A stretch of DNA of 64,000 nt from Asterias rubens (taxonomy: Eukaryota). Shown in pieces: positions 23,001-36,200 of the stretch. The notes under the pieces were generated by a model. That model made no database searches. It was given only the letters and a program-made list of their open reading frames with translations, and was not told the DNA's origin. A program made the position numbers and the translations under genes. Positions within the stretch are counted from its first letter, which is position 1, and the number at the start of each line of letters is the position of its first letter. The DNA lies in contig NC_047066.1 in the NCBI RefSeq assembly GCF_902459465.1, positions 21,204,001-21,268,000 on the forward strand, read 5' to 3'.

Positions 23001-26000
23001 GTGAAGGTGCAGGACCAATAGTTTGCTTTCACCTAATCGCTCGTTTTTTTATGTGTTCTTTGCAGAATGAAAAAGATCAAACAATACAGATTAGCGGATG
23101 GCTTGGACAGGTAGGTATACACTTTGACGGGTGCGACTCCGGTGTAGTTAAGCCATAAAAAAGATCACTGCAAAAACTGGGATGCTTAGATGTTGTTCAG
23201 TGGGTTTCAGTTTATTTCCATTGCGGTTTATTATGTAGTTTTCTGAATAATTAATCTAGTTTATTTCCAGTAGTTTATTTATGATTGTGTGTTATTAATT
23301 GTTTTTCCTCCATAGTAGGACCAATAAAATTAATTGAATTGAATTGAATTTAGTTGAAAACTGACACCATGGACGTAGACAACGAAAAGAGACTCAAAAT
23401 AAACACATAGGTGTTATAATATATTATGAAAACATCACTGAACACGTCACTGAAAACATAACACCAATGCAATTGTGTTGACAGAAATTAGTCTTTAACA
23501 TGTTATGGTGTCAATTAAGATTTTCTACTAAGTATCATTATGTGACAACACCTGTGCCTCAATTGTAACACCCCATTTGTGGTAGACTTGTGGACAAGTT
23601 GTTAATCATGGTCCCACGCGGTGAGATAGTCGAGTTGTCACTGCTCTCGCGCGAACTGTTGTTCGCGCAACCAGCAGTTCGCGTGGAGAGCAGCACCGCT
23701 GCAACTCGATTATCTCACCGCGTGGGACCATAAACGACTTGTCCACAAGTCTACATTTGTGGCAGTGATTTACCAAGGCTGACAAAGGGTGATGAGCAAT
23801 GATCGCTTTCCACCTGCATTGTTCAATTTAGATTCATATTATTAATGCAAAAATTGGGTTCTCCAAATGAACAGCCATCTTGTTCTTTTAAATAGCCTTT
23901 GTTTACTATTGTTTGTGGCACCTAATTGTCTATTTTGATTGATTACGTCCATCACCTTTGGCATTTTGGGGTGAATTTGTTGAAGTCTGAACAAAAAGGT
24001 GTCGTATAACTCCACATCAAAAGAAGAACAAATATAATGACGACTTATCAAGAAGTCAGGTAAAGTCTTGGCATGCCCAAATGCGGTCACATTATTGGTC
24101 AATCGAAATAATCTCTTTAAATCTTTTGTTGATTGACTGTTTGTTTGTCTGTCTGTTTGTTATTTTTTATATCTTATGATTTAATTCCAGGTATGGGAGG
24201 ATGAGTTCCTGACTTGGAATCCTGCTGAACATAATAATGTGACAAGATTGTTTGTTCACACTTCCAAAATGTGGGTGCCAGATACCACGCTGTATACAAA
24301 GTAAGTCACTCCGACTCTTCCTCTGTACACAGTCACTGTAGTACAATACGAAAGTGTAAGACCACCAGGGCTAGTCACTCCCTTCATAGGGTAACCCCAT
24401 CAGGGTCAAAGCACTGTTCTCAATGGGGCACTGTACGAGAAAAAGCCACACACAGAAGAAGAGAGAACCAAACATGATCGAACAAATCCCATATAAGCAA
24501 CAGCAACATATCTATACCACCAGGAACAAAATCAGAGAAAACGAAGCAACAACAAACCCATAAAGTTATTGGTGGTATAGCGCCACTATGTCTTTCTATA
24601 ATTTATATAATCTATATATTTATGCAAGTAACGTGTCTTTTTGTGTAAGAAAAACTCCCAGGTACCTTTAGTTAATAGATCGGGCTGCAAATTTTCGTAC
24701 GACTTTTTTTTTCGGTCCGGTGATTATACTACAGGGGTTAATTTTTTTTAATTTTATTCGTATTTCAAAACTTGATTATTTCACATACCTTTTTTGAAAG
24801 AAGATGAACGAGTGCAAGGTATGAAAACACTGCTGTTGATTTACGAAAACGTACCAACGAAACCTCCTATCATTTTTTCTAGTGTGGACATAAACTTCGA
24901 GAGTTACAAGGATATCAACGCCAAAGTGAGCTACACTGGTTTGGTCGACTGGAATACACCAGTTATCCTCAAATGCACTTGCAACATCGACGCTCGACTG
25001 TATCCGTTCGACGTCCAGGTTTGCGAGTTGAAGTTCAGCGCATGGGCGTATGACGGTGCCGAAATAGATATCGTTCAAATCGTAGGACCGGTTTCTACGC
25101 AGAACCAGTTCCGCGATGACAGTGTGTGGGAACTCGTCAAGGTGGATGTGGTTCGCAGAGAGGTGCTTTATGCTTGCTGTACCATCCCCTTTCCTGATCT
25201 TGGGTACTTCATTCATCTCCGGAGACGGTCTCTTTTCCACGTCTTGAACATCATTATACCATGCCTGCTGCTGTCTGTCCTGAACCTGATGGTGTTTGTT
25301 CTGCCCCCCGAGTCGGGTGAGAAGATTCAGCTCGGGATGACCAACTTGCTAGCTCTTGTGCTCTTCCAGCAGCTCATCACTGACAACCTGCCACCAACGT
25401 CCGCAGACAAATCTCCTATAATAAGTAAGTACGAATTTCCAACCATTCCTCATCTTGCATTATCACTTTTACCTTTCCGTGCCGGTGTCCCAGGGAAATC
25501 TCTGTCAACCGAGGATTCTGTCCCCGTATGGAAAATCAACGATGGGCGAAATGAGGACGAGTCAAAAGAGGGCGCTATCAAAATAAGTTTGTACACGGTT
25601 TGCAGTATAACGCACATAATCTCTGGGGGGACAGAATCCTCTGCCACACCGCTACCGTATCCGCCAATTCAGACACGGCCCGACTCCCAAGAGCGGCAGA
25701 ATGTTGGTACGGAGGTGTGTTCCGCGTCGTGCAAGAGCGGTTCACTACTAAAAAATGACAACACAAGAATGCATACAGCAATATCAGCATTTTGTGATTT
25801 TGCGAAGGCTGGTGCGCCGATCATCAGTCTTGATTTTGCGCACCGTGCCGTATTGACAGTCCCATCACTATGATACAGTATAAACATTTGAGTAGAAGCT
25901 CATCATCCCATCCCAAGCGGTCTAGGAAGAAACTGGTCACGGGGGCCGAGCAAAACATAATTCTTTTGTAAAAAAGGTTGCTGTCACTGTATTCTGTATT

Positions 26001-26561
26001 TTCCTAAACCAATAACTTCACATTTTTTTGTCTGCAGCTTTCTACTTTACTCCAATGATTGTCCTTGCTTGCACTTCAATCATATGCACCGTGCTAGTAC
26101 TCAAGCTGTTCTACCACAACGACCGACGCCCAGTGCCACGCTGGCTTCATCACACCACTTCCAAGCTTTCTCGTGCCGTTCTCTACAATCTAGAATCCCG
26201 CCGTTTTAATAAACTGTCTTACGGTGTGGACCGTGGAGCATCAGAGCAGCGGTTACCACGAGAGTCTGGTGATGAGTCTGAAGGTAGTGACGATGTCATC
26301 GAGACAAGCAACGGCAATAAAACACGCTGTCGTGCCTGTACGGCCCAGCACTCCCGTAAAGACGGGCCTTTGGGTAACGATACAGCCGTAGACATCAAAG
26401 TGAGCCTGCGAGGTCCCAATGATAAGAAGACACATTATGTGGGTACTGACCTAGATTGGAAGGATGTAGCTTTGGTTATTGACCGGGTCGCACTTGCTTT
26501 GTCAGTCACTGTCACGATATCCTCACTTATCATTACTGTTGTTCTCTTCCTTTTGGGATAA
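20055..26561 (+). CDS. CHRNA9/10-like: nAChR-like Cys-loop receptor gene 2, recent duplicate of gene 1, alpha-type, ~474 aa. Exons 20055-20112, 22038-22183, 23066-23110, 24191-24300, 24883-25424, 26038-26561.
   Basis: Near-identical to gene 1 including introns; loop C YACCTIPF; GT-AG introns; exons total 1425 nt in frame. Confidence 0.9.
20452..20864. mobile_element. MITE family C copy, gene 2 intron 1
   Basis: Same TIRs as 11172-11601. Confidence 0.7.
22223..22609. mobile_element. MITE family A copy, duplicated together with gene 2
   Basis: Near-identical to 13169-13555. Confidence 0.85.
23583..23753. mobile_element. Same fold-back MITE in gene 2 intron 3, with 15 nt more in the loop
   Basis: Same arms and the same CATTTGTGG TSD as 14529-14684. 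Confidence 0.8.
25511..25641. repeat. Small inverted-repeat element (15-bp perfect TIR) in gene 2 intron 5
   Basis: GAGGATTCTGTCCCC ... GGGGACAGAATCCTC. Confidence 0.55.
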
Positions 26562-27298
26562 CAAAATAAAAACAAAATCTCTAAAAGAAGACCCGGGTTC
26601 CAAATCCCAGGGGCCTTGACCACATTATGGATCAGGTTGACCAAGACAGTGGGTTAAAATTGGATTCAACTCAGATCCCATCCGTTGCCATGGATCAGGG
26701 TCAGGATCCGGACGTTTTTTAGAGCGTAACAAACTAAGTTATCTCGTGTACAAAATGAGTAAACCTAAATGCGAACAAGACACTGTCGCAAAACTCAAAT
26801 TGACCCGGTTTGCCGGTGGGGCTTGATCAATTTCTTTAATCTGACCAAGAAGAGTGGTAGATATTGTGATTTTGACTGATGTTTTGCCGGTTTGACACAG
26901 TTTCGGGTCAGTTTGACATAGGTTCCGGGTCAAAACATTACCAAAGCATGCTTTTATGTTTCCTTCTATGATGGCATTATAGTTTACATATATTTTGTCG
27001 TTGATGAGGAACAGCGAAGTTGTAAACTATTCTCTTAAAAAAATGTAAGCATTTTTATCCTGGAAAATAATTTGCTGTGTGATAATGTATCTTGTGAGCA
27101 TGGGCAAACTATACTGATATTTTATAACATTTGGGTATGTTTTGCACTAAGAAAGTGTAAAATAACTTCAAGACGATATTTATATTGTTTTTATTTAATA
27201 ATAAAAAATTACCGTAATATATTTTACAAAGATTAATGTTCAAGTATTTATTTGTTGTAGTACCCGCTGTTAAAATAAAGGATTCAAACTGCCTCCAT

Positions 27299-27425
27299 CT
27301 ACCGGGTAAACTCGGTGGTCTAGTTCGAATCCCACCCGAGTAATATGCTTGTGATTCTTTTCTCACAGAACTCGGGATTACGGTGCTTACACACATCGGT
27401 GTATATTGGTAATACCAAAATTAAT
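27299..27425 (+). mobile_element. tRNA-derived SINE, unit-2 counterpart of 18171-18310 with a different internal deletion
   Basis: CTACCGGG...GGTGGTCTAGTTCGAATCCCACCCGAGTAATATGC...CACAGAACTCGGGATTAC. Confidence 0.6.
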
Positions 27426-27509
27426 ATGTATTATTATTGGAAAGGCTTTATGGTGTAACTTGCTGAGTCGAATTATTTTATAACGGATGTTGAAATCATT
27501 ACCGTATAA

Positions 27510-29175
27510 TTTTGTTCCCAAATACATAAAAATCAGCAGCAGTCAAGCCAATTCCAAAGATGCACAGCATGAAGGCTGAACAAGTCGAGCTGCTGAAGAA
27601 CTACAGACCTGCCACAAATTTATCGTTCTGCTCGAAAGTACTGGAGAAAATCGTTGCTCAGCAACTTTTAAGCCACATGTCACATCATCGTCTTCATGAT
27701 TATTTTCAGTCTGCATACAAACGATTCCATGGCACTGAAAATGCACTTGTCCGTGTGCAGAATGACCTACTTCAGAGCACCGATGAAGGAAAAGTGTCAC
27801 TCCTTGTTCTTCTTGACCTCAGCGCAGCATTCGACACACTCGATCACAACATTTTGCTGCAAAGATTAAAGTCACGTATAGGATTGTCACAGGGAAGCCT
27901 GGACTGGTTTTCATCATACTTATCGGACCGCTGCCAGAGAGTTAAGATCACCAGCTCATCTGAAGGTGACTCGTATCCGCTTGAGTTCGGTGTGCCACAA
28001 GGATCGGTACTGGGTCCTGTTTTGTTCAACATTGATTTGCTACCACTTAGTGACATCATCCGTCGACACAACCTCAGACACCATTTCTATGCTGACGATA
28101 CTCAGCTCTACATCTCTGCAACCCCTACTCAAAGTGATGTATACAGTAAAATAAAACAACTGGAAGCATGCAGTGAGGACATCAAACACTGGATGACATT
28201 GAACTATCTCAAACTTAACGATGAAAAGACAGATGTTCTGATTATTGGCTCATCGTCGTCTTTGAAGAAATTACCAAAAGTAGATGTTTCTGTGGGCTTT
28301 CATTCCATTAACCCTGTGCCTGAGGTCAAAACTCTTGGTATAACATTTGACAAACATATGAATATGCAATCTCACATCAAGTCTGTCTCCCGTATTGCCA
28401 TGTATCACTTGTACAATATTAGTAAGATTAAGAGGTTTATAGGTCGTCGTAGTACAGAGCAAATAATTCATATGTTAGTCACATCCCGGATTGATTATTG
28501 CAATGCTGGTCTCCCTGCCACCACTCTTGCCCCCTTACAGAGAGTTCAGAACTCAGCTGCGAGGCTACTTACTTGTACCAAAAGGTATATGAGCATATCA
28601 CCCCAGTTCTAATGCAGTTACATTGGCTTCCTGTCAGGTATCGGATTATTTTTAAGGTGTGTTTGTTAATTTTTAAATGCTTAAATGGTCTTTGCCCTTT
28701 GTATCTGTACGATCTTGTTGCTACTAGGCCTGTTGTTAGATCTACTCGTTCTGCTAGTGATGTTACTCTGTTGATCCGCCCCAGAGCGAAGCTGGTTTCT
28801 GCAGGTGATAGGATGTTCTCTGTAATTGGCCCTGAACTGTGGAACCAGCTTCCTAAGCAACTTAGGGAAGCCAGTCATGTTGATACCTTCAAGGCTGGCC
28901 TTAACACAAATCTTTTTAAGCGTGCTTTTTTAAACCACTAAGTACAAGTACATGTACATATGTTTTTGTATTCTCTGTAGCAATTCCAGGTTTTTTTAAC
29001 TAGGGTTTATTCTCAGTGTTTTTTAATCATTGATTGTTGTGTACAAAATCTGCACTTATTACATGTTAACTGTATTTTCTATTTGGTGTTTTAATTGTAT
29101 GGATTTTAATATGTTTTCTTTTAATTGTTCAGCGCCCAGGAGCATGTTTACATGGATAGGCGCTATATAAATTTC

Positions 29176-29223
<48 letters not shown>
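27510..29223 (+). mobile_element. 5'-truncated L2/CR1-clade non-LTR retrotransposon: RT domain, frameshifted, with a (TAT)n tail
   Basis: ORF 27560-28612 contains NYRPATNLSFCSKVLEK, LLDLSAAFDTLDH, GVPQGSVLGP and FYADDTQLY. The C-terminal LHWLPVRYRIIFK is in a second frame (extra AT near 28588). The 3' end GCGCTATATAAAT is followed by (TAT)n at ~29178-29223. The element is absent from duplication unit 1. Confidence 0.9.
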
Positions 29224-29225
<2 letters not shown>

Positions 29226-29484
29226 GTATGGCTTGCTGTCGTGAAAAGAAGAAAAAACAGTAAAAAAAATAAATAAATTGACAGGTCATCCAATAACATC
29301 AAACTAGTATTCTTTTTTTTTTTAAAGCTATAATTAACGCCGATTGTTTACATGAACATGTTAATAAACAACGTCTTCCAAGTGCGGAAAACAAATAAGT
29401 TGTCAAACTTCTCCTTTCTTTTTGCGTTGGCATCAACACATCAGCAATGGTTATTTTGACCTCTATATAGATAGTTGCAACCTA

Positions 29485-29793
29485 GAGCAGGTTCGAGTGT
29501 GCACAATGGTTAACTAAAGGTTGACCATTTTTTACTCGAACCCAGGCTGGTCGACCATTGGTTGACTACTGTGGTCGACCATTTGGAACCAGCCTCGAGC
29601 CCATGGTTTCTTCACTGGTCCCAACAGCATGTTCCATTCTAACATGTGTTAAGCGCTGAGGGGAACCAGCGAAAAGGTGGAAGGTTGACTAGACTACCAA
29701 ACGAGTCGTTCGGGTGAGTACGTTACTGCGAATGTGCGTTGCTAGTCTTTGGTCGACCACTGGTGGACTAAATGTGCGCACTCGAACTTGCTC
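29485..29793. mobile_element. 309-bp MITE with ~21-bp TIRs and a CTA (or CCTAG) target-site duplication
   Basis: GAGCAGGTTCGAGTGTGCACA ... TGTGCGCACTCGAACTTGCTC. The empty site is present at ~18845-18860 in unit 1. Internal GGTCGACCA motifs recur. Confidence 0.8.
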
Positions 29794-30245
29794 CTAGATA
29801 TTCCCTACCTTCCACCCAGGTAGTAGTCAACCAGGAGGACAGTTCTTTTCAGAACTGAAAAGTCTCAAAAAACACCCCCGCAAAATCTACTCCGCGGTAG
29901 CGCAGAACTCTCCCGAATTCCGAAAAATCTACTCCACGGTAGTATAATTTAAAGCAAGGCAAGTTCTCAAAAGATCACAATCTAACAGCACACATTACCG
30001 CAAACCAAAATTTGATACTTAACGATGCAATGCCTCAAATCCAAAAGCTTTATGGTTGTGATACTATAGGCTAAAAGTGTATGTAGCGCCCTCTCTCGAA
30101 ACCCTACAAACAAGTGTGGTGTGAAAATAAAGGAATCAGAGGCAACTGTGATGTATATTGGAACAGATCAGGCTTAATACGATGCCACAAGATAATCTGG
30201 AGACAATTTCTGAAAGATCAACAGAGGCATAAAGTCTGACGTGTA

Positions 30246-33200
30246 ATGATGGTGCGTTGTGCGAGTAATTACACCTGGGCCTGCCTGATGGTACTAGCCT
30301 CCCTGTTTCTCGGTAAGTAGAGAGTCTTTCCACATGGGAATACACTCTTATTTACAAACACTGGTTGAATTACTAATATGAAGTTCGTTTTTTTTTCGTA
30401 AGCTCACGATGAGGCATTTGGGGTTTAACCAAGGCTTAACTCACAATAATATTTGTTCCATCCCCGAATGGAAAACACCTCAGAATATCAAGAAGCAGAA
30501 AGGCCAAAATCCAGCTCAAACATGGGATTTTGAAGACCGAGAATCATTCCAAAAGAGTCTTGAATACTTTGTACTTAGTTACATGTCTTGAAAAATAAAA
30601 TAATCCTGAAATGTTTATAATAAAAAATATATATATATATATATCAATAAAGACTTGTATTGTGCACATATCCACCGTGCTGTGTGTTCAAGGCGCAGTA
30701 AAAACAAAAACAAAACATACTATTATGTCAATCTCAAAACATATTGCTTTTACATTCTGATGGCTGAATCATCGGAGTGTGCATTATGTAAGGCACTTCA
30801 CTATAATTGCTTCTCTTCACCTAGGTGTATAGGTGGGAACCTGCGAGGGTACAGTACTATGTTAAATTAACCCATTGGCGCCAATTTAAGCAGCTTTGGG
30901 TTTCATGCTCCCCATGGAGTTGAGGATGATAATTTTGCAAAGTGCCTTGATCTAAACTACTACCCGACCGGCTATAGAAGAACCAAACATGATTTTTTTG
31001 CTATTATTAGTTTTTCAAAGTTATGTGCCTGGCAGAGAGTTGGAGTGTTGTAGGCTGCAGATTACATGGACCAACGTAGTCTTAATTGAACATGCATCTT
31101 CCTAAGAGGAACACTGTATGCATATATTGATCGTGTTCATTTCCTGGAGAAATGAAGATTGTTCTTGCGCATGGAAAATGCAGTAAGAAGGGAAAGTGAT
31201 ATTAATTTAAGCAGCTCTTCTAAACAGCGAAGCGTGTGTTTATGTTGTGTACATGGTCAGAAGAGCTGTGCTCGAAGTGTTATAAGACCCATTGTTAAAG
31301 AGCTGTGCTCGAAGTGTTATAAGACCCATTGTTTAAAGAGCTACCTTGAGCGAAACGTTTTCAGCGGGGAATGCTACTTAAACCTTATTGTAATGTGTTT
31401 GTTTATCATTTAATGTAGTTTTGGTATGTATGTACTCTTTGTATTTTTCGTTATAATCGATCAAAAAATTAGGACCCGACCTCAAGTTTTTTTTTTTTTA
31501 AACTGACGGCGTGTGTCAAAATGAAAATACTACGTCACGTGTGGGATGGTGCTTTTTTATATCTCGATACCTTAGGCCTACCTTGCTTGTGGACACAATT
31601 GTCCAGGCCAGGACTCGAACCCACACACTGCTGATCATGATCACCAGAGCTTCAGTCCAGTGAGCTTGTCGGCTCGGCTAGACACGCCACAATTAAGACT
31701 TACCCGTAGCTATTTTTTTCGCATGAGAGGCAAGGCCAGTGTGCGGTCGCCTAAAAGAAACTGAAACCATTTAAAAATTCTATGATTTCCCTTCTTCTGT
31801 ACGGCTTCATTATTTTGTTTAACATATCAATCAAACGAACATAGTGACATCCAATATACAATTTTTTGTGTCTCTTTTCACCTATTGCTGAGTCATATTA
31901 TACTCTAGATTGAAATTTTGTATAAATAACAATGTTTTTTAATGGGACTTGAGGCATTGCATGTGACGTATAATCATGTGTTTTGCGATATAGCAAATTA
32001 TAAAATCTTCTCCGCATTAGAAGTAGAATATACAAGTTCTTTAGAGAACATCCTGGAAGAAGATACACACATGGAGTTCCCGCAAACTAACGTATGTTTA
32101 AACATGCCTTCTAAAAGGCAGTGGACACTATTGGTAATTACTCAAAATAATTATTACCATAAAACCTCACTTGGTAACGAGTAATGGGGAGAGGTTGACG
32201 GTATAAAACATTGTGAGACACAGCTCCCTCTGAAGTGACATAGTTTTCGAGAAAGAAGTAATTTTCCACGATTTTTATTTCGAGGCCTCAAGATTAGAAT
32301 TTGAGGTCTCGAAATCAAGCATCTAAAAGCACACAACTTTGTGTGACAAGGGTGTTTTTTCTTTCATAGTTAGCTCGCAACTCTGACGACCAATCAAGCT
32401 CAAATTTCCACAGGTTTGTTATTTTATGCATATGTTGATATACACTAAGTGAGAAGACTGGTCTTTTACCATTACCAATGAGTCCACTGTATTTATATAT
32501 GTCTATCTATCTGTCTGGAAAGCTTTTAAAAATGGTTGTCATCACTTAATCAACTATTCTATGTACCCTGTTCTATAATTCATGCTATATACTTCGCCGT
32601 GAGCATACATGACTGGATCAAATCAATTGCGCGTCGGTCGAGTATTAACAATTTGCATCTGGAATTGGCAATCACATGAGATGAGATTTGTGTCTATGCC
32701 CGGCAGTCAACGATTTAAGGAAAGCATTACCATGCATAGAGAAGGAACTTGTCATTCGGCGTTTGGGGGGAAATAACAAATAAGTCACTTGTCGTCAACG
32801 TGAAAATCTCTGTAATTTGAAATAAGCTCCAAGCACGTATGCCAACTGGTCGTTGCGAAAGCAGAAACAGAGTAAAGTTAAGTGGTTCACATAATATCAC
32901 CAACGTGGTTGCAAACGTTGATCCTTTGCTGGGTTCATATATTGTGACAACACTTAAAGGCAGTGGACACTATTGGTAATTACTCAAAATAAATATTATC
33001 GTAAAACCTTTCTTGATTACTAGTGGGTAGCTGTTGATAGTATAACACATTGTGAGAATTGAGTAATAATGTGCAACTTTGTGAACAGGATTTCCTCGGT
33101 CAAAATTGCAATGAGTGCGGTTAATACATGCATTATTCCTAATGAGATATCGACCCAAGGTTGATAAAACAAACTATTTGTTTGTATGCAACCTTCATCT

Positions 33201-36200
33201 CTATATGCTAAATATAGGTCGACGCTTATACCTTATAATCACATTATTATACACCTGGATTACTGGTCAGTTTATGGTTGGGTCAAGATAATTACGACCA
33301 TCCATGTATGTAGTCGAAGTCCATGATGGTCGAAGTCTTAATCAAGCGATGCAAAACAAATATTAAATGGTTTTTATTTTGCTTATTCCACTTTCCACTT
33401 GCGGGACATCGCGCGGCCCAATTAATTCCAGAAGAGCTGTATTGCCCAATAATACATCACTTAGTTGAACAAACTGATGAAAAATAATATTTTATACAAC
33501 TGGATTTTTTTTTCCAAGCTGGGACTGCTCATGTGTTAACAATGTTTTGGGGCAACACAGTTTGTACAATTTAGGGATAGAAAATATATAATTCAAGTGA
33601 AGTTAGTAAATTTGATCTTCCTAGTTTTGTTTGAATGTTGAGTTGTTTATTCTGACCAATTTTGTGTAACATTTACTTGTGTACTTCCCTGGACTACTCG
33701 TGGTCAAAATATTTATATTGTCTGAAGTCTTATAATAGCAAATACTAGTTGACACTAACTGTGCGGCATTTCAACAAAACTGCTACCAATATAATAATTG
33801 AAAGTGTTGAAAATACTCATCTATTTCCACTTCCAATGTAAATTCCTTCCCTGTTGTGACTGATTGATAATTGGCCCAATTTCATAGAACTGCTTGTTAA
33901 AGAGAAATGTCAATTGCTTAAAAATGTCCTGTTCATGAATGAGCAGAATACGAAACGGTTCTAACAACCAGGTTACACTTTGCATTTAAAGGCAGTCGAC
34001 ACTATTGGTAATTACTCAAAATAATTATTAGCATAAAATCTTACTTGGCAACAAGTTATGGGAGAGGTTGATAGGATACAACATTGTGAGAAACGGCTCC
34101 ATCTGAAGTAACGTAGTTTTCGAGAAAGAAGTAAACTTCAACGAATTTGATTTCGAGACCTCAGATTTAGAATGTGAGGTCTCGAAATCCAGAATCTGAG
34201 AGCACACAAGGGTGTTTTTTCTGTCATTATTATCTCGCAACTTCGACGACCAATTGAGGTTAAATTTTCACAGGTTTGTTATTTTGTGCATATGTTGAGA
34301 TACACCAAGTGAGAAGACTTGTGGTCTTTGACAATTACCAATAGTGTCCAGAGTCTTTAAATTAAGCAGCTGAATGAAATGTTGGTCTTTGGTTGTATTT
34401 TAGGGTCACATCCGAGGAGATTGAGCAATCGGTCAGCCCTACTGCAAGAGTTGCTGTCTGAATACGGACCAACCAGCGTCAGACCAGTCTACAATGTCAC
34501 CAAAACAACTACTGTCAAGTTTCGTCTCCTCATTACTCAACTCATTGAATTGGTTAGGAATACGATGTGGGCCTTTTAGAAGAATATTATTTGCGAAAGT
34601 ATGTTACAATATTACAACAACAGATATTATGCCATTTTAATAGACGCCAAAAATGTATCTAAAAGTCTATCCCAAGCGAGCCATCCCGGGGCAGTAGGCC
34701 TATGGCTCATCATTAGGCCGTATAATTATCAAGTTTCTTTGGCATTAAATTACTGAGAATGTTTATCTTCCCCTTGTATCCAAGTGGTTCCACCGATCAT
34801 TCATGCCAGGAATTCCACTAACTCCCGTGTATACTGCAAACACAAAGTTGTGCGTACAAACAGTTACTACAATTGCCCGTAATACAGGAGTTGTCAAAAT
34901 GGGAACTGTCTTTAGTGCTGTTCATATATTTGACTGCCATTGACCGTAATTGCGGCTTCTGATAGCTAAGCAGCGATTTCAAGGACTAAACAGACGGGAA
35001 TCAGTTTTGTTTTCAAGTTTCTCTATATTTGTAACGCCTTAAACGATCTATTCTTTAATGCTAAATGCTATTATCAAAGCAGCGCTTGGCTCATATTAAT
35101 AATTGCTAATTCGTTTGTTCTGTCTTTCAGGACGAAAAGTATCAGACGATACAGATCAGCGGCTGGCTCACACAGGTACAATTCACAATGTAACAACAGT
35201 CAATCACTTTCAATCATGATTATTTGTAGAATAAATAATGTACACTGCATTTCCTTGGCGTCATCAGCTTGATTTGCATAATTGACACAGTTACTTCAAT
35301 TATTTTGTTTAGTCAAATTCAACCCGTTGAGGCAACTGTCCATACCAAATTGATGTTTCTTCAGCTGTAAGGTTTGAATCTGATGAAAAGTGGAATCTGA
35401 ATTGCTTAATACTAATATTATTCTAAGTTTTAACACGCTTATGTTTGTTCAGAAACCGTGAGTATATTGGTATAGCGCGCTATATTTAGCACTGTATGTT
35501 CAATGACATTTATAGTTAGACTGACTGGACACTGCATTTTGAGCAGAGACTGTGAATGTGAATGTGAGGTTCCAATATCGGAAATAGAAAACAGACATTC
35601 GTTGTACAAACCTCAGTAAATTGGCAATGTCCAAATGGAAAGTAGATATTCACTGTATATAACGTCCAAATGCCCATTGGAAAAGTATACATTGGCTGTA
35701 CAAACCCATGGAAATGTCAATTGTCCAATATTGAAATATCATAGTAGACATTCATTGTACAGACCTGCGTGAATGCCTAAGGTGCAATACCAAACTGACT
35801 TTACTGTCATGGTATTATCTTTCCCGGATAGTTTTGGGAGGACGAGTTTTTAACATGGGATCCAGACCAACGCGATGGTGTAACTTCACTCTTCGTTCAC
35901 ACATCGAACATATGGCTACCGGACACTACCTTGTATAAAAAGTAAGTTCACATTATAAGTGACAGGAACACTCCTTTAAGGAATACTTAAAAATTATCTC
36001 GAGTCAGATTTGAACCGGATGATTCCGGATCGAAGGGGGCCTGACCAATCCGGGTGAGGTTGATCTGGAAAGGTGTAATTATTATTAATCATTAATGTTT
36101 ATTAGTCACAAGTAAACCCTAAACAGTGAAATGCATTTTGGTTTTTGATTTGAAGCCGGATTCATTTTGATCCATTTTGACCCATTTCTGGTTCGTATTG

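Larger units (their letters stand above)
19602..30276 (+). repeat. Segmental tandem duplication, unit 2: gene 2, enlarged by an L2 LINE and a MITE, running into intact gene 3 exon 1
   Basis: Colinear with 10329-19324 apart from the insertions at ~27510-29223 and 29485-29793 and smaller indels. Confidence 0.9.

Noticed and set aside
10329-30276. Genes 1 and 2 as an uncollapsed-haplotype artefact
   Set aside because: Judged less likely because the junction is gap-free, cuts within gene 3 exon 1 and has a unique filler, and the units carry different insertions. It is not fully excluded without read-depth data.
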